DNA of 64,000 bases, taken from Hormoscilla sp. (lineage in GTDB: Bacteria > Cyanobacteriota > Cyanobacteriia > Cyanobacteriales > Desertifilaceae). Position numbers and translations under genes: made by a program. The stretch's first letter is position 1, and the number at the start of each line of letters is the position of its first letter. Below the pieces are notes generated by a model. The model ran no database searches. It had not been told where the DNA came from and worked only from the letters and a program-made list of their open reading frames with translations. Shown here one piece after another: positions 1 through 10,573 of the stretch. The DNA lies in contig JBFRWI010000151.1 in assembly GCA_051439505.1 (NCBI GenBank), positions 1 through 64,000 of the forward strand. The letters are read 5' to 3'.

Positions 1-127
1 GTTCGGGCGGCCCTCCCAGTCGCCGGATCCCCCCAAACCCCCCTTTATTGGGGGGCTTCCGGAACCCCCCCCTTTTGGAAGGGGGGGTTTGGGGGGGATC
101 CTCTCCAACTACTTTTGACCACACCCC
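1..127. mobile_element. Right part of a MITE with GC-rich internal hairpins and terminal repeat TTTTGACCACACCC (truncated by window start)
   Basis: CCCCCC..GGGGGG hairpins and end sequence ttttgaccacacccc match the complete element at 63086-63222. Confidence 0.7.
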
Positions 128-145
128 GTTTATATTGCCGATTTA

Positions 146-530
146 AACGTTCGTCTAACCAAAATGGATGTTTGTCTAACCAAAATGGATGTTTGTCTAA
201 CTAAAATGGATGTTTGTCTAACTAAAAGAGATGTTTGTCTAACTAAAATCAACGTTGATTCCCTCTTGATGAGCGTTGATTCCCTCTTCATGAACGTTCG
301 GATAGCACTGAAAAACGTAGAATTAGTCACTCACGACGTGAGGATAACATAAATCAACGTTGATTTCGTCCTGATATACGTAGATTCCCTCTTGATGAAC
401 GTTCGGATAGCACTGAGAAACGTAGAATTAGTCCCTCACGACGTGAGGATAACATAAAAAACGTTCGTCTAACCCAAATGAACGTTTTTATAACCCAGAC
501 CAATGCTTGTCTAACCCAGATAAATGCTCG
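146..530. repeat. Degenerate 21-bp tandem array (~18 units) with a 105-bp higher-order duplication
   Basis: Units such as gatgtttgtctaaccaaaatg in register from 146; units at 251-355 repeated at 356-460; one 20-nt unit near 461. Confidence 0.9.
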
Positions 531-761
531 GAGCGACTCCGGTGGTGGGTCACAAATCCTGTTTCAGGTGCATTAAAACTACTTGTGACCTAATATCATT
601 GATTATACCTTGCCGTATTAGTCGATTTTGCCATAAATGCAAGAGGTCTACTGTGTGACTGGTACTCTATTTCTACGCTCGTCCCTAAAGTGCTTACTAC
701 GAACCCGCAAGTTTACTGCTACACTTGGCTAAGGACTGTAACAGACGATCGTAGTGAAAAT

Positions 762-2318
762 ATGTTTTGGGCTGACAAAATCGCGACAGACGCACAAGGC
801 GACCAAGTAGTCAACGACTCCAAGACCCCCTCGGGCCGGGTTCATGTCGGATCTTTGCGGGGTGTGGTCATCCACGAGGTGATCTACCGGGCCTTGAAAC
901 AGGCGGCTAAACCGGCTAAGTTCCTCTATGGCTGCGATGACTATGACGCCCTGGATACAGTACCTAAATATCTGGACCAGAGCAAGTTTGCCCCTTATCT
1001 AGGGTTTCCCCTCTGCAACGTGCCCTCCCCAGGAGACGGCGCTGGTGATTACGCGAAGTATTTCATGGGCGAGTTCCTGGAAGTGTTTGACTATCTGGGC
1101 ATTCAGCCAGAAGTATACTACCTGCGAGACCTCTATCGGACGGGGAAGCTGAACGATTATATCGATAAGTTTCTGCAAAATGCCCAGCAGATCAGAGAAG
1201 TATACAAACGGGTGTCGAAGGCAGAACGGGCCGAGAACTGGTATCCCTTTCAGGTTATATGTGAGAACTGCGGCAAAATTGCCACTACCGTAGTTACGGA
1301 TTACAATGGCTCAGAAGTATTTTACACTTGCCAGCCGGACGGGACAGATTGGGTGCAAGGTTGCGGCCATTCCGGTTGGGTTTCCCCCTTTGATGGCAAC
1401 GGCAAGCTGCCCTGGAAGGTAGAATGGGTGGCAAAATGGGATTTGTTGGGGGTGACGATCGAACTTGCAGGTAAGGACCACTCCCAAAAAGGCGGTTCCA
1501 GGGATGTGGCCAACGGCATCTACAGGAAGGTGTTACAAAAACAACCGCCCTTCCATGCACCTTACGAATTTATCCTGGTAAACGGTACCAAGATGAGTTC
1601 TTCTAAGGGAGTGGGTTCTTCGGCCAAGGAGATCGCAGCATTATTGCCAGCGGAACAGCTGCGGTTTTTGATGCTGCGCACTCAACCCAAAACGGCGATT
1701 AATTTTGCCCCCAACTATGAAACGATCACTCGCCTGTTCCGAGATTATGATACTCTCAACAGTAAGTATCAAGGCCAGCAGGAGTTGTCTCAAGATATAA
1801 TGCCGCTGTTATACTCCCAGCTGCACACCGAGATTAAAACTTATCAGCCCTTTGAGTTGAGCACGATTATTTCTCTGTTGCAAATTCCCCGTCTGGAGAT
1901 TAAGCAGGAAGTGGCCAAACGGATAGGTTCGGCTTTGAGTGACTTTGACTGGGAAATATTACACAGCAGGATCGCTGTGGCGGAAAAATGGCTGGCAGAT
2001 TATGCTGATGAAGAGGAAAAGCTGGTAATATATTGGGATGAGGTGCCCCAACAGGCCCGATCGCTCACCGCCGAACAGCTAACCTACCTGGGTAAGTTAG
2101 CAGAAAAGTTGTCGGCGGCGACAACCTGGGAGGCAGAAGATCTGCAAACCACGATCTTTGCTACGGCCAAAGAATTGCAGATCAAACCCAATGTGGCTTT
2201 TCCGGCCATCTACTTATCATTACTCGGTAAGGAACGGGGCCCGAAAGCAGGTGGTCTGCTGTCCTTCTTGGAAAAAGATTTCGCGATCGCGAGAATCAAA
2301 GAGGTGATAGGTTCGTAG
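762..2318 (+). CDS. lysS: Class I lysyl-tRNA synthetase
   Basis: HIGH-like TPSGRVHVGS, KMSSSKG motif, CxxC zinc motifs, C-terminal anticodon-binding domain; ATG at 762 (MFWADK) preferred over track start 690. Confidence 0.92.
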   Translation: MFWADKIATDAQGDQVVNDSKTPSGRVHVGSLRGVVIHEVIYRALKQAAKPAKFLYGCDDYDALDTVPKYLDQSKFAPYLGFPLCNVPSPGDGAGDYAKYFMGEFLEVFDYLGIQPEVYYLRDLYRTGKLNDYIDKFLQNAQQIREVYKRVSKAERAENWYPFQVICENCGKIATTVVTDYNGSEVFYTCQPDGTDWVQGCGHSGWVSPFDGNGKLPWKVEWVAKWDLLGVTIELAGKDHSQKGGSRDVANGIYRKVLQKQPPFHAPYEFILVNGTKMSSSKGVGSSAKEIAALLPAEQLRFLMLRTQPKTAINFAPNYETITRLFRDYDTLNSKYQGQQELSQDIMPLLYSQLHTEIKTYQPFELSTIISLLQIPRLEIKQEVAKRIGSALSDFDWEILHSRIAVAEKWLADYADEEEKLVIYWDEVPQQARSLTAEQLTYLGKLAEKLSAATTWEAEDLQTTIFATAKELQIKPNVAFPAIYLSLLGKERGPKAGGLLSFLEKDFAIARIKEVIGS

Positions 2319-2405
2319 TGAGGACTAAAGTCCTCAAGCAGTTAGAGGAAGGTAAGGAATAATACCATTTTGTAAAAAATGGTCCAATTACTTTGAACAT
2401 TATTT

Positions 2406-2473
2406 ATTAGTCGGTTTTAACCGACTTCAGCTATTAGCCGGGGGTTTGAACCCCCGGCGGGATAACAGCGAAG
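2406..2473 (+). repeat. REP-like double-hairpin element, copy A
   Basis: agtcggttttaaccgact and ccgggggtttgaacccccgg hairpins; second copy at 15636-15730 on the minus strand. Confidence 0.85.
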
Positions 2474-2517
2474 TGATTAAAGTCTTTACTGCGAACGAGA
2501 ATAATCAAGGATTAACA

Positions 2518-3852
2518 ATGAGTAAAAACCCGAAGATAATAGTTCTAGATGACGACCCCACAGGTTCCCAAACAGTACATAGCTGCTTGCTACTGATGCG
2601 GTGGGATGTGGAAACTTTGCGCTTGGGACTTGCAGACGAAGCGCCCATCTTCTTTGTCCTGACCAATACCAGGGCCTTGACACCGGAAAAAGCTGAAGCG
2701 GTGACCAAAAAAGTATGCCAAAATCTGAAAGAGGCGATCGCCCTCGAAGGAATAGCAGATTTCCTGGTAGTCAGTCGTTCGGACTCCACCCTGCGGGGAC
2801 ATTATCCGATAGAAACAGATGTCATAGCAGCAGAAGTCGGTCCCTTTGACGCCCATTTCCTGGTGCCAGCATTCTTTGAAGGCGGACGCATCACCCGGGA
2901 TAGCATACATTACCTGATGGTAAACGGAGTCGAAACGCCAGTACATGAAACAGAATTTGCTCGGGATTCAGTTTTTGGCTACCATCATTCCTATCTGCCA
3001 GATTATGTAGAGGAAAAGACAAAGGGAAAAATAACAGCGGACAAGGTAGAAAGATTTTTACTCGCAGATCTGCGCGATGGCACCCAGTCACGCCTGATGC
3101 AACTGGAAAACAACCAATGTGTAGTAGTAGATGGAGAAAGTCAAGCAGACTTAGATAAATTTGCCGCTGATGTCCTGGCAACAGCAGCTAAAGGTAAACG
3201 CTTTCTATTTAGAAGTGCGGCGAGTATCTTAACTTCTCTGGCAGCATTACCCCATCAACCAGTAATGCCAGAACACATGAATCAATACGTGCGGGAAGGT
3301 AAACCCGGTATAGTAATAGTGGGTTCCCACGTGAAAAAAACCACCCAGCAGTTAGAATGTTTACTGCGGCAACCAGGTATAGTAGGAATTGAGGTGAAGG
3401 TTACCAATTTACTAGGAGAGTCAGCAGAAGAACGGGAAGACCTGCTCGATGAAGCACTCATTGAGGTGCGAAAAGTTCATGGAAAGGGGGAAACACCGGT
3501 AATATATACGAGTCGCGAGGAAATTACCTTCCCCGACGTGCAGACGCGGTTAGAATTTGGGGCAGCAGTGTCGAGTTTGCTGATGGATATCCTGCGGGGT
3601 TTGCCAGCAGATATCGGATATTTGATTAGCAAGGGTGGCATTACCTCTAACGATACCTTATCTAAAGGTCTGCTGTTGCAATCGGCAAGGCTACTGGGTC
3701 AAATTATTCCCGGATGTTCGATGGTCCGCACCCCCATCAATCATCCTCAGTTCCCCAATTTGCCAGTAGTGCTGTTTCCCGGTAATGTAGGGGATGCTGA
3801 GGCGCTGGTCACAGTTTACAAACGGTTGATGGTTGATGGCAATGAACAATGA
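2518..3852 (+). CDS. Four-carbon acid sugar kinase family protein (DUF1537, OtnK/DtnK-like)
   Basis: VLDDDPTG, RSDSTLRGH, KGGITS and FPGNVG motifs; ATG at 2518 downstream of the REP element. Confidence 0.88.
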   Translation: MSKNPKIIVLDDDPTGSQTVHSCLLLMRWDVETLRLGLADEAPIFFVLTNTRALTPEKAEAVTKKVCQNLKEAIALEGIADFLVVSRSDSTLRGHYPIETDVIAAEVGPFDAHFLVPAFFEGGRITRDSIHYLMVNGVETPVHETEFARDSVFGYHHSYLPDYVEEKTKGKITADKVERFLLADLRDGTQSRLMQLENNQCVVVDGESQADLDKFAADVLATAAKGKRFLFRSAASILTSLAALPHQPVMPEHMNQYVREGKPGIVIVGSHVKKTTQQLECLLRQPGIVGIEVKVTNLLGESAEEREDLLDEALIEVRKVHGKGETPVIYTSREEITFPDVQTRLEFGAAVSSLLMDILRGLPADIGYLISKGGITSNDTLSKGLLLQSARLLGQIIPGCSMVRTPINHPQFPNLPVVLFPGNVGDAEALVTVYKRLMVDGNEQ

Positions 3853-4786
3853 AGCAGATGCCCAAAAGCAATTGATAATCACAAATGCTGAAGAAGAGTC
3901 GGAGGCGGTAGCATCCCCTGAAGAAACAAAAGAGTCGGCAGCAAAGGTGGAGGCAGAAGATCAAAAAACTGTAGAGTTGAAAGATGCCTCCCAGTCGCCT
4001 TCGGCCCCAGAGTCGCTGCCAAAGCAGACAGAGTCAGGGGAAAAAGTTACGGATCCCGATCGGCACCTGCAAGTGCGGTTAAAAGCAGCAGGAGACCGCA
4101 TAATGTTAATACTGCCTCCAGAAAGGGAATTCGGGGGAACATGGAACGAGTTGTGGCAACAGTTACAACTGCGGTTGCAAGGGGTAGTCAGGTTTTGGCA
4201 ACCCCAAACTCAAGTGGACTTGATGGCCAGAGAAAGGTTGCTGGATGGGCGGCAGTTACAGGCGATCGCGGACGCCCTGTCGGCAGTAGATCTGCAACTG
4301 AAGCGAGTGGAGACAAGTCGCCGGCAAACAGCAGTAGCAGCGGCCACCAGCGGATACTCGGTAGAACAGATATCGCCCGATCGCCACCTCCAGCAAGCAG
4401 CAGAGATAGAACCCCTAGCAGAACCCCTATATCTGAAAACAACCGTGCGATCGGGAGTAGAGATCCGCCATCCAGGTTCTGTGGTAATCTTAGGAGATAT
4501 AAATCCCGGTGGTACAGTCATCTGCCAAGGAGATATCCTAGTATGGGGGCGTCTGCGGGGAGTGGCTCATGCAGGAGCTAGCGGGAACAGCAACTGCGTG
4601 ATTATGGCCCTGCAAATGGAACCAACCCAACTGCGGATCGCCAATTATTTGGCCAGAGCACCCCAGGATCCACCAGCCCAATATTACCCAGAGGTTGCCT
4701 ACGCGACAGCAGAGGGGATTAGAATAGCCAGAGCAACGGATTTTACCAAAAAGCCAACAGACGAGCAGCCAAGGAAAGAATCATGA
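3833..4786 (+). CDS. minC: Septum site-determining protein MinC
   Basis: C-terminal TVRSG...GDINPGG...GRLRGVAHAG motif; directly upstream of minD; exact start uncertain (3833-3842). Confidence 0.92.
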   Translation: MMAMNNEADAQKQLIITNAEEESEAVASPEETKESAAKVEAEDQKTVELKDASQSPSAPESLPKQTESGEKVTDPDRHLQVRLKAAGDRIMLILPPEREFGGTWNELWQQLQLRLQGVVRFWQPQTQVDLMARERLLDGRQLQAIADALSAVDLQLKRVETSRRQTAVAAATSGYSVEQISPDRHLQQAAEIEPLAEPLYLKTTVRSGVEIRHPGSVVILGDINPGGTVICQGDILVWGRLRGVAHAGASGNSNCVIMALQMEPTQLRIANYLARAPQDPPAQYYPEVAYATAEGIRIARATDFTKKPTDEQPRKES

Positions 4787-5583
4787 CCCGTATTATTGTG
4801 ATCACATCTGGGAAAGGAGGGGTGGGCAAAACCACCTGTACCGCGAATTTGGGCATGGCACTAGCGCAGCGAGGCAGGCAAGTGGTACTGGTGGATGCCG
4901 ACTTCGGACTGCGGAATCTGGATTTATTGTTGGGGTTGGAAAATCGGATAGTCTACACGGCAGTGGAAGTAATCGCCGGGGAATGTAGATTAGAACAAGC
5001 GTTAGTGAGGGATAAGCGAGAATCGCGGTTAACATTGCTGCCAGCAGCGCAAAATCGCACTAAAGATGCCATTAACTCCGAGCAAATGGCGCAGATGATC
5101 GATAAGTTGGCAGCCAACGGCTACGATTACATTATGATCGATTGCCCCGCAGGTATAGAGACGGGGTTTAATAATGCGATCGCCGCTGCTCAAGAAGCAA
5201 TAATCGTGACCACGCCGGAAATCGCCGCAGTCCGGGACGCCGACAGGGTGGTAGGTTTGTTAGAAGCAAGCAATATTAAGAAAATCAACTTAATAGTAAA
5301 CAGGCTGAAACCAGCGATGGTAGAAGCAAATGACATGATGTCAGTGCAGGACGTGCAAGAAATTCTGGCAATTCCCCTCATGGGAGTGATTCCCGATGAC
5401 GAGTGCGTGATTGTATCTACAAACAAGGGAGAACCTTTAATCTTATCGGCAAATAATTCCCTGCCCAAGGCGGCATTTACCAACATTGCCGGACGTCTGG
5501 AAGGAGAAAAGGTGGAATTTCTGCAGCTCAAAGAACAAGATGTTGGTTTATTTGCCCGGATTAAACGCCTGTTTTGGAAATAG
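4783..5583 (+). CDS. minD: Septum site-determining ATPase MinD
   Basis: [10 protein letters not shown] deviant Walker [16 protein letters not shown]-terminal amphipathic helix. Confidence 0.97.
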   Translation: MTRIIVITSGKGGVGKTTCTANLGMALAQRGRQVVLVDADFGLRNLDLLLGLENRIVYTAVEVIAGECRLEQALVRDKRESRLTLLPAAQNRTKDAINSEQMAQMIDKLAANGYDYIMIDCPAGIETGFNNAIAAAQEAIIVTTPEIAAVRDADRVVGLLEASNIKKINLIVNRLKPAMVEANDMMSVQDVQEILAIPLMGVIPDDECVIVSTNKGEPLILSANNSLPKAAFTNIAGRLEGEKVEFLQLKEQDVGLFARIKRLFWK

Positions 5584-5647
5584 TGGAAATCAAAAAGAAG
5601 AGTTAGGTAGCCCAGTGACAACTTGTAAAAATACCCCCCCGCCAGCG

Positions 5648-5974
5648 ATGCTAAGTGAAATATTAGAAAAACTGTTTCCCTGGACGATCAATACGAACAG
5701 TCGCGAGGAAGTCAAGCGTCGCCTGAAAGTAGTGCTAGCATACGATCGGGCAGGTTTGAACCCGAAGATGATGAAGAAAATGAGGGAGGAAATATTGGAA
5801 GTGGTATCTCGCTACGTGGAAATTAATTCCGAAGAGTTGGAGTTTGCGATCGAGAATAACGATCGGGCGACAGCGTTAATAGCAAATATGCCAATCAAAA
5901 GAGTGAAAGTCAGGGAAATTGACTCCCCAGCAGCAGGAGAGGAGAAAAAAAGCCAGAATAGAGATCGAGAATAG
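5648..5974 (+). CDS. minE: Cell division topological specificity factor MinE
   Basis: [17 protein letters not shown] and [10 protein letters not shown] motifs; ATG at 5648; follows minD. Confidence 0.93.
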   Translation: MLSEILEKLFPWTINTNSREEVKRRLKVVLAYDRAGLNPKMMKKMREEILEVVSRYVEINSEELEFAIENNDRATALIANMPIKRVKVREIDSPAAGEEKKSQNRDRE

Positions 5975-5986
5975 GAAAAGAAAAAG

Positions 5987-6478
5987 ATGGCAGATCTAAA
6001 AGAAACGATGAGTTGCGACAGTTTAGCAGAATGCGTAAAAGCATTGTCAATGTCGGAAATAGAACGTCACGTATTTATATGTGCAGATCAGACAGTAGCG
6101 AAATGCTGCGATCGAGAAGCTAGTATAGAATCATGGAATTATTTGAAAAAGCGCCTGAAAGAACTGCAATTGGATAGGCCAACAGAAGAGCATGTGGGTT
6201 GCATATTCCGCACGAAGGCCAATTGCCTGCGAGTTTGTCAGCAAGGACCGATTGTAGTTATTTACCCCGATGGAGTATGGTATCATAGCTGTACGCCCGA
6301 AGTGATCGAGCAGATTATCACATCCCATCTGGTGGGTGGTGAGGTACTGTCGGAATATGCCTTTCTCACCCACCCCTTACCGGAAGTAGTGGCAGGCCAA
6401 CAGACGACCGTCCCGAATAGTGCCAACAGCGGTGGAGACGAGGCATTTGAGGATATTACAGGTTCAGAGGCCGGGTGA
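5987..6478 (+). CDS. Thioredoxin-like [2Fe-2S] ferredoxin
   Basis: HVFIC...KCC...ANCLRVCQQGP...YPDGVWY pattern. Confidence 0.85.
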   Translation: MADLKETMSCDSLAECVKALSMSEIERHVFICADQTVAKCCDREASIESWNYLKKRLKELQLDRPTEEHVGCIFRTKANCLRVCQQGPIVVIYPDGVWYHSCTPEVIEQIITSHLVGGEVLSEYAFLTHPLPEVVAGQQTTVPNSANSGGDEAFEDITGSEAG

Positions 6479-6565
6479 TAGAAAAAAAACATGAAAATAC
6501 GGAGACACAGGTGTTAATACTGTATAATAAAGATAAGGCGAGAAAAGCAATCAGAGGAAAAAAAT

Positions 6566-7210
6566 ATGGCAGATCAGAAGCGACTGCTGCTGGTTGACGA
6601 CGACCCGAACCTCATCTTGCTAGTTAGGGACTATCTAGAATTTCGAGGGTACGACGTCTTGACGGCAGAGAATGGCAGGCAAGCATTAGAGGTTCTCGAA
6701 TCAGAAAAGGACAATCCGGACATGATTATCTGCGATGTGATGATGCCGGAAATGGACGGATACACGCTAGTAGAGCAGGTGAGGGAAAACGCCAGCACAA
6801 ATGGCATCCCCTTTCTGTTTCTGTCGGCGAAAGGTCACAGCGCGGACAAGGTGAAGGGATTGAAGATGGGGGCTGATGTATATATGGTGAAGCCCTTTGA
6901 GCCAGAAGAGTTGGTGGCGCAGGTGGAATCATCCCTGAAGCTAGCAGCACGCTTGGAAGCTCAAAATAAAAATAATGGCAGAAACACCGAACCAATCTTC
7001 CAGAACGTGCCTGCGGACGTAAACTTGACACCCACAGAGTCAAAGGTAGTACAATTTGTATCTCAGGGGATGGCGAATCGGGAAATTGCCCAGGAAATGA
7101 ATGTCTCTCAGCGGACAGTGGAAAGTCACGTGTCCAATATGCTAGGTAAAACGGGCCTGCACAACCGCACGGAGTTGGCACGCTGGGCCCTGGAAAACAA
7201 TATGGCTTAA
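6566..7210 (+). CDS. NarL/LuxR-family response regulator (Rre1/Ycf29-like)
   Basis: Receiver domain (VDDD, CDVMMP, KPF) plus LuxR HTH (LTPTE...NREIA...TVESHVSN). Confidence 0.92.
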   Translation: MADQKRLLLVDDDPNLILLVRDYLEFRGYDVLTAENGRQALEVLESEKDNPDMIICDVMMPEMDGYTLVEQVRENASTNGIPFLFLSAKGHSADKVKGLKMGADVYMVKPFEPEELVAQVESSLKLAARLEAQNKNNGRNTEPIFQNVPADVNLTPTESKVVQFVSQGMANREIAQEMNVSQRTVESHVSNMLGKTGLHNRTELARWALENNMA

Positions 7211-7416
7211 AATAATTGTAGGCAAGGCCCACCGGATGGAACCACTTTTGTAGAGCAGGGAAGGTCGCCATCGGTGAATGCCAAACAAAACATCCGGTTG
7301 GGGTTTGCCGGCCTCAACCCAACCGACATTTGCGAGGAGAATGTAAAGAAAAGTAAAAAAAATCTGCATTGGGGTTGCCGAGCGGGCGGAGACTTTGCTA
7401 TAGTATTTATATCAAT

Positions 7417-7488
7417 GCCGGTGTAACTCAGGGGTAGAGTAGCTGATTTGTAATCAGCCTGTCGCAAGTTCAAATCTTGTCACCGGCT
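7417..7488 (+). tRNA. trnT: tRNA-Thr(UGU)
   Basis: Cloverleaf: acceptor GCCGGTG/CACCGGC, D arm ACTC/GAGT, anticodon arm GCTGA-TTTGTAA-TCAGC, T loop TTCAAAT; TATAGT -10-like hexamer upstream; CCA not encoded. Confidence 0.95.
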
Positions 7489-7520
7489 TCTTTTCGACGA
7501 TAGGTTGACGATAAGCTTCT

Positions 7521-7721
7521 TTAAGAAGGCTTTTGACCAGCTGTAAATGCCATCTGAACCCGCCGGTTGTCCGCATTGTCTTGAAGTCCCAGTGCGACAA
7601 TTTTATGGTCTCCGTCAAACAGCGATCGAGGAAGTCGCAGGCTTAACCGGTCCTTGAAAGATCGGACACCTTGCCCTTGTACCGGCGAACGACTTTTTTT
7701 CGGGTTTTTACCTCTAGCCAT
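7521..7721 (-). pseudogene. N-terminal arm-binding fragment of a tyrosine integrase
   Basis: SFKDRLSLRLPRSLFDG..KIVALGLQDNADNRR resembles cyanobacterial integrase N-termini; no catalytic domain; adjacent to tRNA 3' end. Confidence 0.55.
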
Positions 7722-8114
7722 GGCGCTTTGAGTATAAATTTGAGTATAAATGTCCTCTCTATTCTCGATCTACAAACTAGAAACCCTTGTCCTGCGAGGG
7801 TTTCGGGAAAATCAAATTCAACTCTAGCGCAGTTCCGGGTCTTGCACCGGTCGTAATCCTTTGAAAACGGATCGAGTATCAAGCGCGATCGACATTCTCT
7901 TGTCTACTCTAGCGGCAACAATCGGTCCATCCCTATCCGCTCAAATCTTAACCTTTTCTCAACATTTGAGGATCGCTAACTTATGTGGTATGTTTTGGTC
8001 GGATAGGGGGCGATCCGGGTGGCGGTTCGGGAGACCCCACCGATGGAAAAGGCGAAAATCCCTCGCAGGCTACCGATTTTTGGTATTTTGCTAATAATGG
8101 GGGAATTTTTAGGC

Positions 8115-8642
8115 TTAAAATCCAAAATCAATCGAGCTGCTGCCACCAGAGAGAGAATCGGGTGTCCCTTGCAGGGCGGCTCGTTCAGCAGCCCGAGCTA
8201 AAGCCGAGGCCACGCGAGCCGCATAGGGTCGGATCAGCGACCAGATAACTGGCGACAACCAGCCTCGCAAGGTTACTGAATAGGAAACACGGGTACCACA
8301 CAGGGTAGACTCTACCTTGTAGATCACTCGCTCCTCAATTCCGGGCATGGCTAAAATTCTGATACTTAACAGCTCTCGCGGTCGCACCCGCTCGACAAAT
8401 ATCCGGATGGGAATCGGACTCAACCGCGTGAAGGCCCGATAAATTAGCCCCGGTTTAGCTACTAGCCCCTTGGGGAGATTGGTTCTGGCAATCAGCGGAT
8501 GCCAGGAAACGTCAGCCAGATCGACGACTTTCTGCCACAGGTCATCGACAGAGGCAGAACTAATAGTTCGATAAGTTCTCGCCAGAGAACACCGAACCCT
8601 TTTACGATTTCGACGGATTAATTTGGACAAAAATTCTTTCAT
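8115..8642 (-). CDS. SRPBCC/polyketide cyclase family protein
   Basis: ASVDDLWQKVVDLADVSWHP START-like motif and C-terminal helix. Confidence 0.78.
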   Translation of the reverse strand: MKEFLSKLIRRNRKRVRCSLARTYRTISSASVDDLWQKVVDLADVSWHPLIARTNLPKGLVAKPGLIYRAFTRLSPIPIRIFVERVRPRELLSIRILAMPGIEERVIYKVESTLCGTRVSYSVTLRGWLSPVIWSLIRPYAARVASALARAAERAALQGTPDSLSGGSSSIDFGF

Positions 8643-8749
8643 TTGCTCATCTGCATCCCATTTTGCTCTGAGGGCAACTTTCAGGTTAGGCTAGGTTAGC
8701 ATCATTCGCGGTTACACTACCGCTCGTGAGAGCGTGAAATATTGAGTTT

Positions 8750-9841
8750 ATGACAATGTCTTCGACTACGACAACCACTACATCTCAGGAAATCCCCCCG
8801 TCTGATTCCCAAAAACCGGATATACCTCCCGTCGATTCCCAAAAACCGGATATACCTCCCTCCGATTCCCAAACCAGGATCAGCAAGTTTATGCAGCAGC
8901 TGCAAGACGATATTTGTCAAGGATTGGAGAAGCTCGATGGTAAGGAAACTTTCCGTGAAGATAGCTGGGATCGCCCAGAAGGGGGCGGAGGTCGCTCCAG
9001 AGTACTCCGAGAGGGGGGGGTTTTCGAGCAAGGTGGCGTCAATTTTTCGGAGGTTTGGGGCTCCCAGTTACCGCCCTCGATCTTGAAACAACGACCAGAA
9101 GCTGCTGGTAATGGCTTTTATGCCACTGGTACTTCTATGGTGTTGCATCCGCGCAATCCTTACGTGCCCACGGTACACCTTAATTATCGGTATTTTGAGG
9201 CAGGACCGGTGTGGTGGTTTGGTGGTGGGATCGATTTGACTCCATACTATCCTTTTCCTGAGGATGCCGCCCATTTCCACAAAACCATAAAAGCAGCTTG
9301 TGATGCTCACCATCAGGAGTATTACCCAGTGTTTAAGCGCTGGTGTGATGAATATTTTTACCTCAAACACCGGCAGGAGATGCGGGGGATAGGTGGCATA
9401 TTTTTTGATTATCAAGATGGTCGGGGTGCGCTGTATCGTGGTCCTGATGCAAATGGTCCAGCTGCTGTTTATAGCCAGGAACTCGGAACTCCAGAACCTC
9501 GCAGCTGGGAACAGCTATTTAGTTTTGCACAAGATTGTGGTAATAGCTTTTTAAGTGGTTATGGGCCAATTGTGGAAGACCGCCAGTCGATGGAGTATGG
9601 AGACCGGGAACGCCAGTTTCAGCTCTATCGCCGGGGCCGCTACGTAGAGTTCAATCTCGTATATGACCGGGGCACCATCTTTGGACTGCAAACAAATGGA
9701 CGCACAGAGTCGATTCTCATGTCTTTGCCGCCTCTGGTACGCTGGGAATACTGCTATAAACCGGAAGCTATGTCACCGGAAGCTCAGCTGTCTGAGCGGT
9801 TCTTGAAACCCCAAGACTGGGCTTCTTGGTCTCCTGCATAG
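8750..9841 (+). CDS. hemF: Oxygen-dependent coproporphyrinogen III oxidase
   Basis: [46 protein letters not shown] motifs. Confidence 0.97.
   Translation: MTMSSTTTTTTSQEIPPSDSQKPDIPPVDSQKPDIPPSDSQTRISKFMQQLQDDICQGLEKLDGKETFREDSWDRPEGGGGRSRVLREGGVFEQGGVNFSEVWGSQLPPSILKQRPEAAGNGFYATGTSMVLHPRNPYVPTVHLNYRYFEAGPVWWFGGGIDLTPYYPFPEDAAHFHKTIKAACDAHHQEYYPVFKRWCDEYFYLKHRQEMRGIGGIFFDYQDGRGALYRGPDANGPAAVYSQELGTPEPRSWEQLFSFAQDCGNSFLSGYGPIVEDRQSMEYGDRERQFQLYRRGRYVEFNLVYDRGTIFGLQTNGRTESILMSLPPLVRWEYCYKPEAMSPEAQLSERFLKPQDWASWSPA
8789..8873 (+). repeat. In-frame 30-bp tandem repeat (~2.8 copies) in hemF 5' end
   Basis: gattcccaaaaaccggatatacctccc repeated; encodes (D/E)IPP(S/V)DSQKP. Confidence 0.9.
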
Positions 9842-10216
9842 TATGGGACAGCTTGAGACAACTTGTGGTAGTGGTAGTAAGATGGAAAGAGATACTTGAG
9901 GAAAACAGTTGCATTCACACTCCCACAAGCCTTGGCAGAGCGGGGCTTTCTAGCTGGCTGGAATTGGCTTAAACTATGTGGGCATGGAGTGGGGAATAAG
10001 AGCGTCCTTGGCGTCTTAGTTACGGTTAGTATGAGGAACGAGGCGCTTTTCGCAGATTAGGGATCGGACCTTGACTGGGCAATAACCAACTCCAGGCAGT
10101 TTTTGTCCTTGGCACCGTGCCGGAAAAATCGGGGGTTGTCGGTTTGTTGCCGGTCAAGAGAGATTCTCAGATCAACCCAAAAGTCCACAATTCCTAGAAG
10201 AGGGTAGACGACCCAG

Positions 10217-10573
10217 ATGGAGCAAAAAACATATACAACCAACGACGGCACAACAATTATCGTATTGACGCCGACAGGACGCCTGGATATAACCACGGCT
10301 TGGCAATTTCGCCTGAAGTTACAGGAGTGTATTTCTAAACTCAGTCGTCATGTAGTAGTAAATCTCGGTGAGGTCAACTTCATAGATAGTTCGGGTCTGA
10401 CATCGCTGGTGGCAGGGATGCGAGACGCGGAGAAGGTCAAAGGGAGTTTCCGCATTTGTAATGTGCATCCAGAAGCTAAACTGGTGTTTGAGGTCACGAT
10501 GATGGATTCGGTGTTTGAAATCTTTGACACTGAAGATGATGCCCTTGAAGGCGTACCTAGAGTTACCAGTTAG
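10217..10573 (+). CDS. STAS domain anti-sigma factor antagonist
   Basis: GRLD and VNFIDSSGL phospho-Ser motif. Confidence 0.92.
   Translation: MEQKTYTTNDGTTIIVLTPTGRLDITTAWQFRLKLQECISKLSRHVVVNLGEVNFIDSSGLTSLVAGMRDAEKVKGSFRICNVHPEAKLVFEVTMMDSVFEIFDTEDDALEGVPRVTS

Noticed and set aside
130..352. ORFs 130-330(-) and 164-352(+)
   Set aside because: Products of the 21-bp tandem array; no other sign of coding, and neighbouring units contain stops
146..530. Possible CRISPR array
   Set aside because: No invariant repeat with unique spacers and no cas genes in the window
2446..2517. N-terminal extension MNPRRDNSE (also 15601-15663)
   Set aside because: Start codon lies inside a REP element; downstream ATGs fit the protein families
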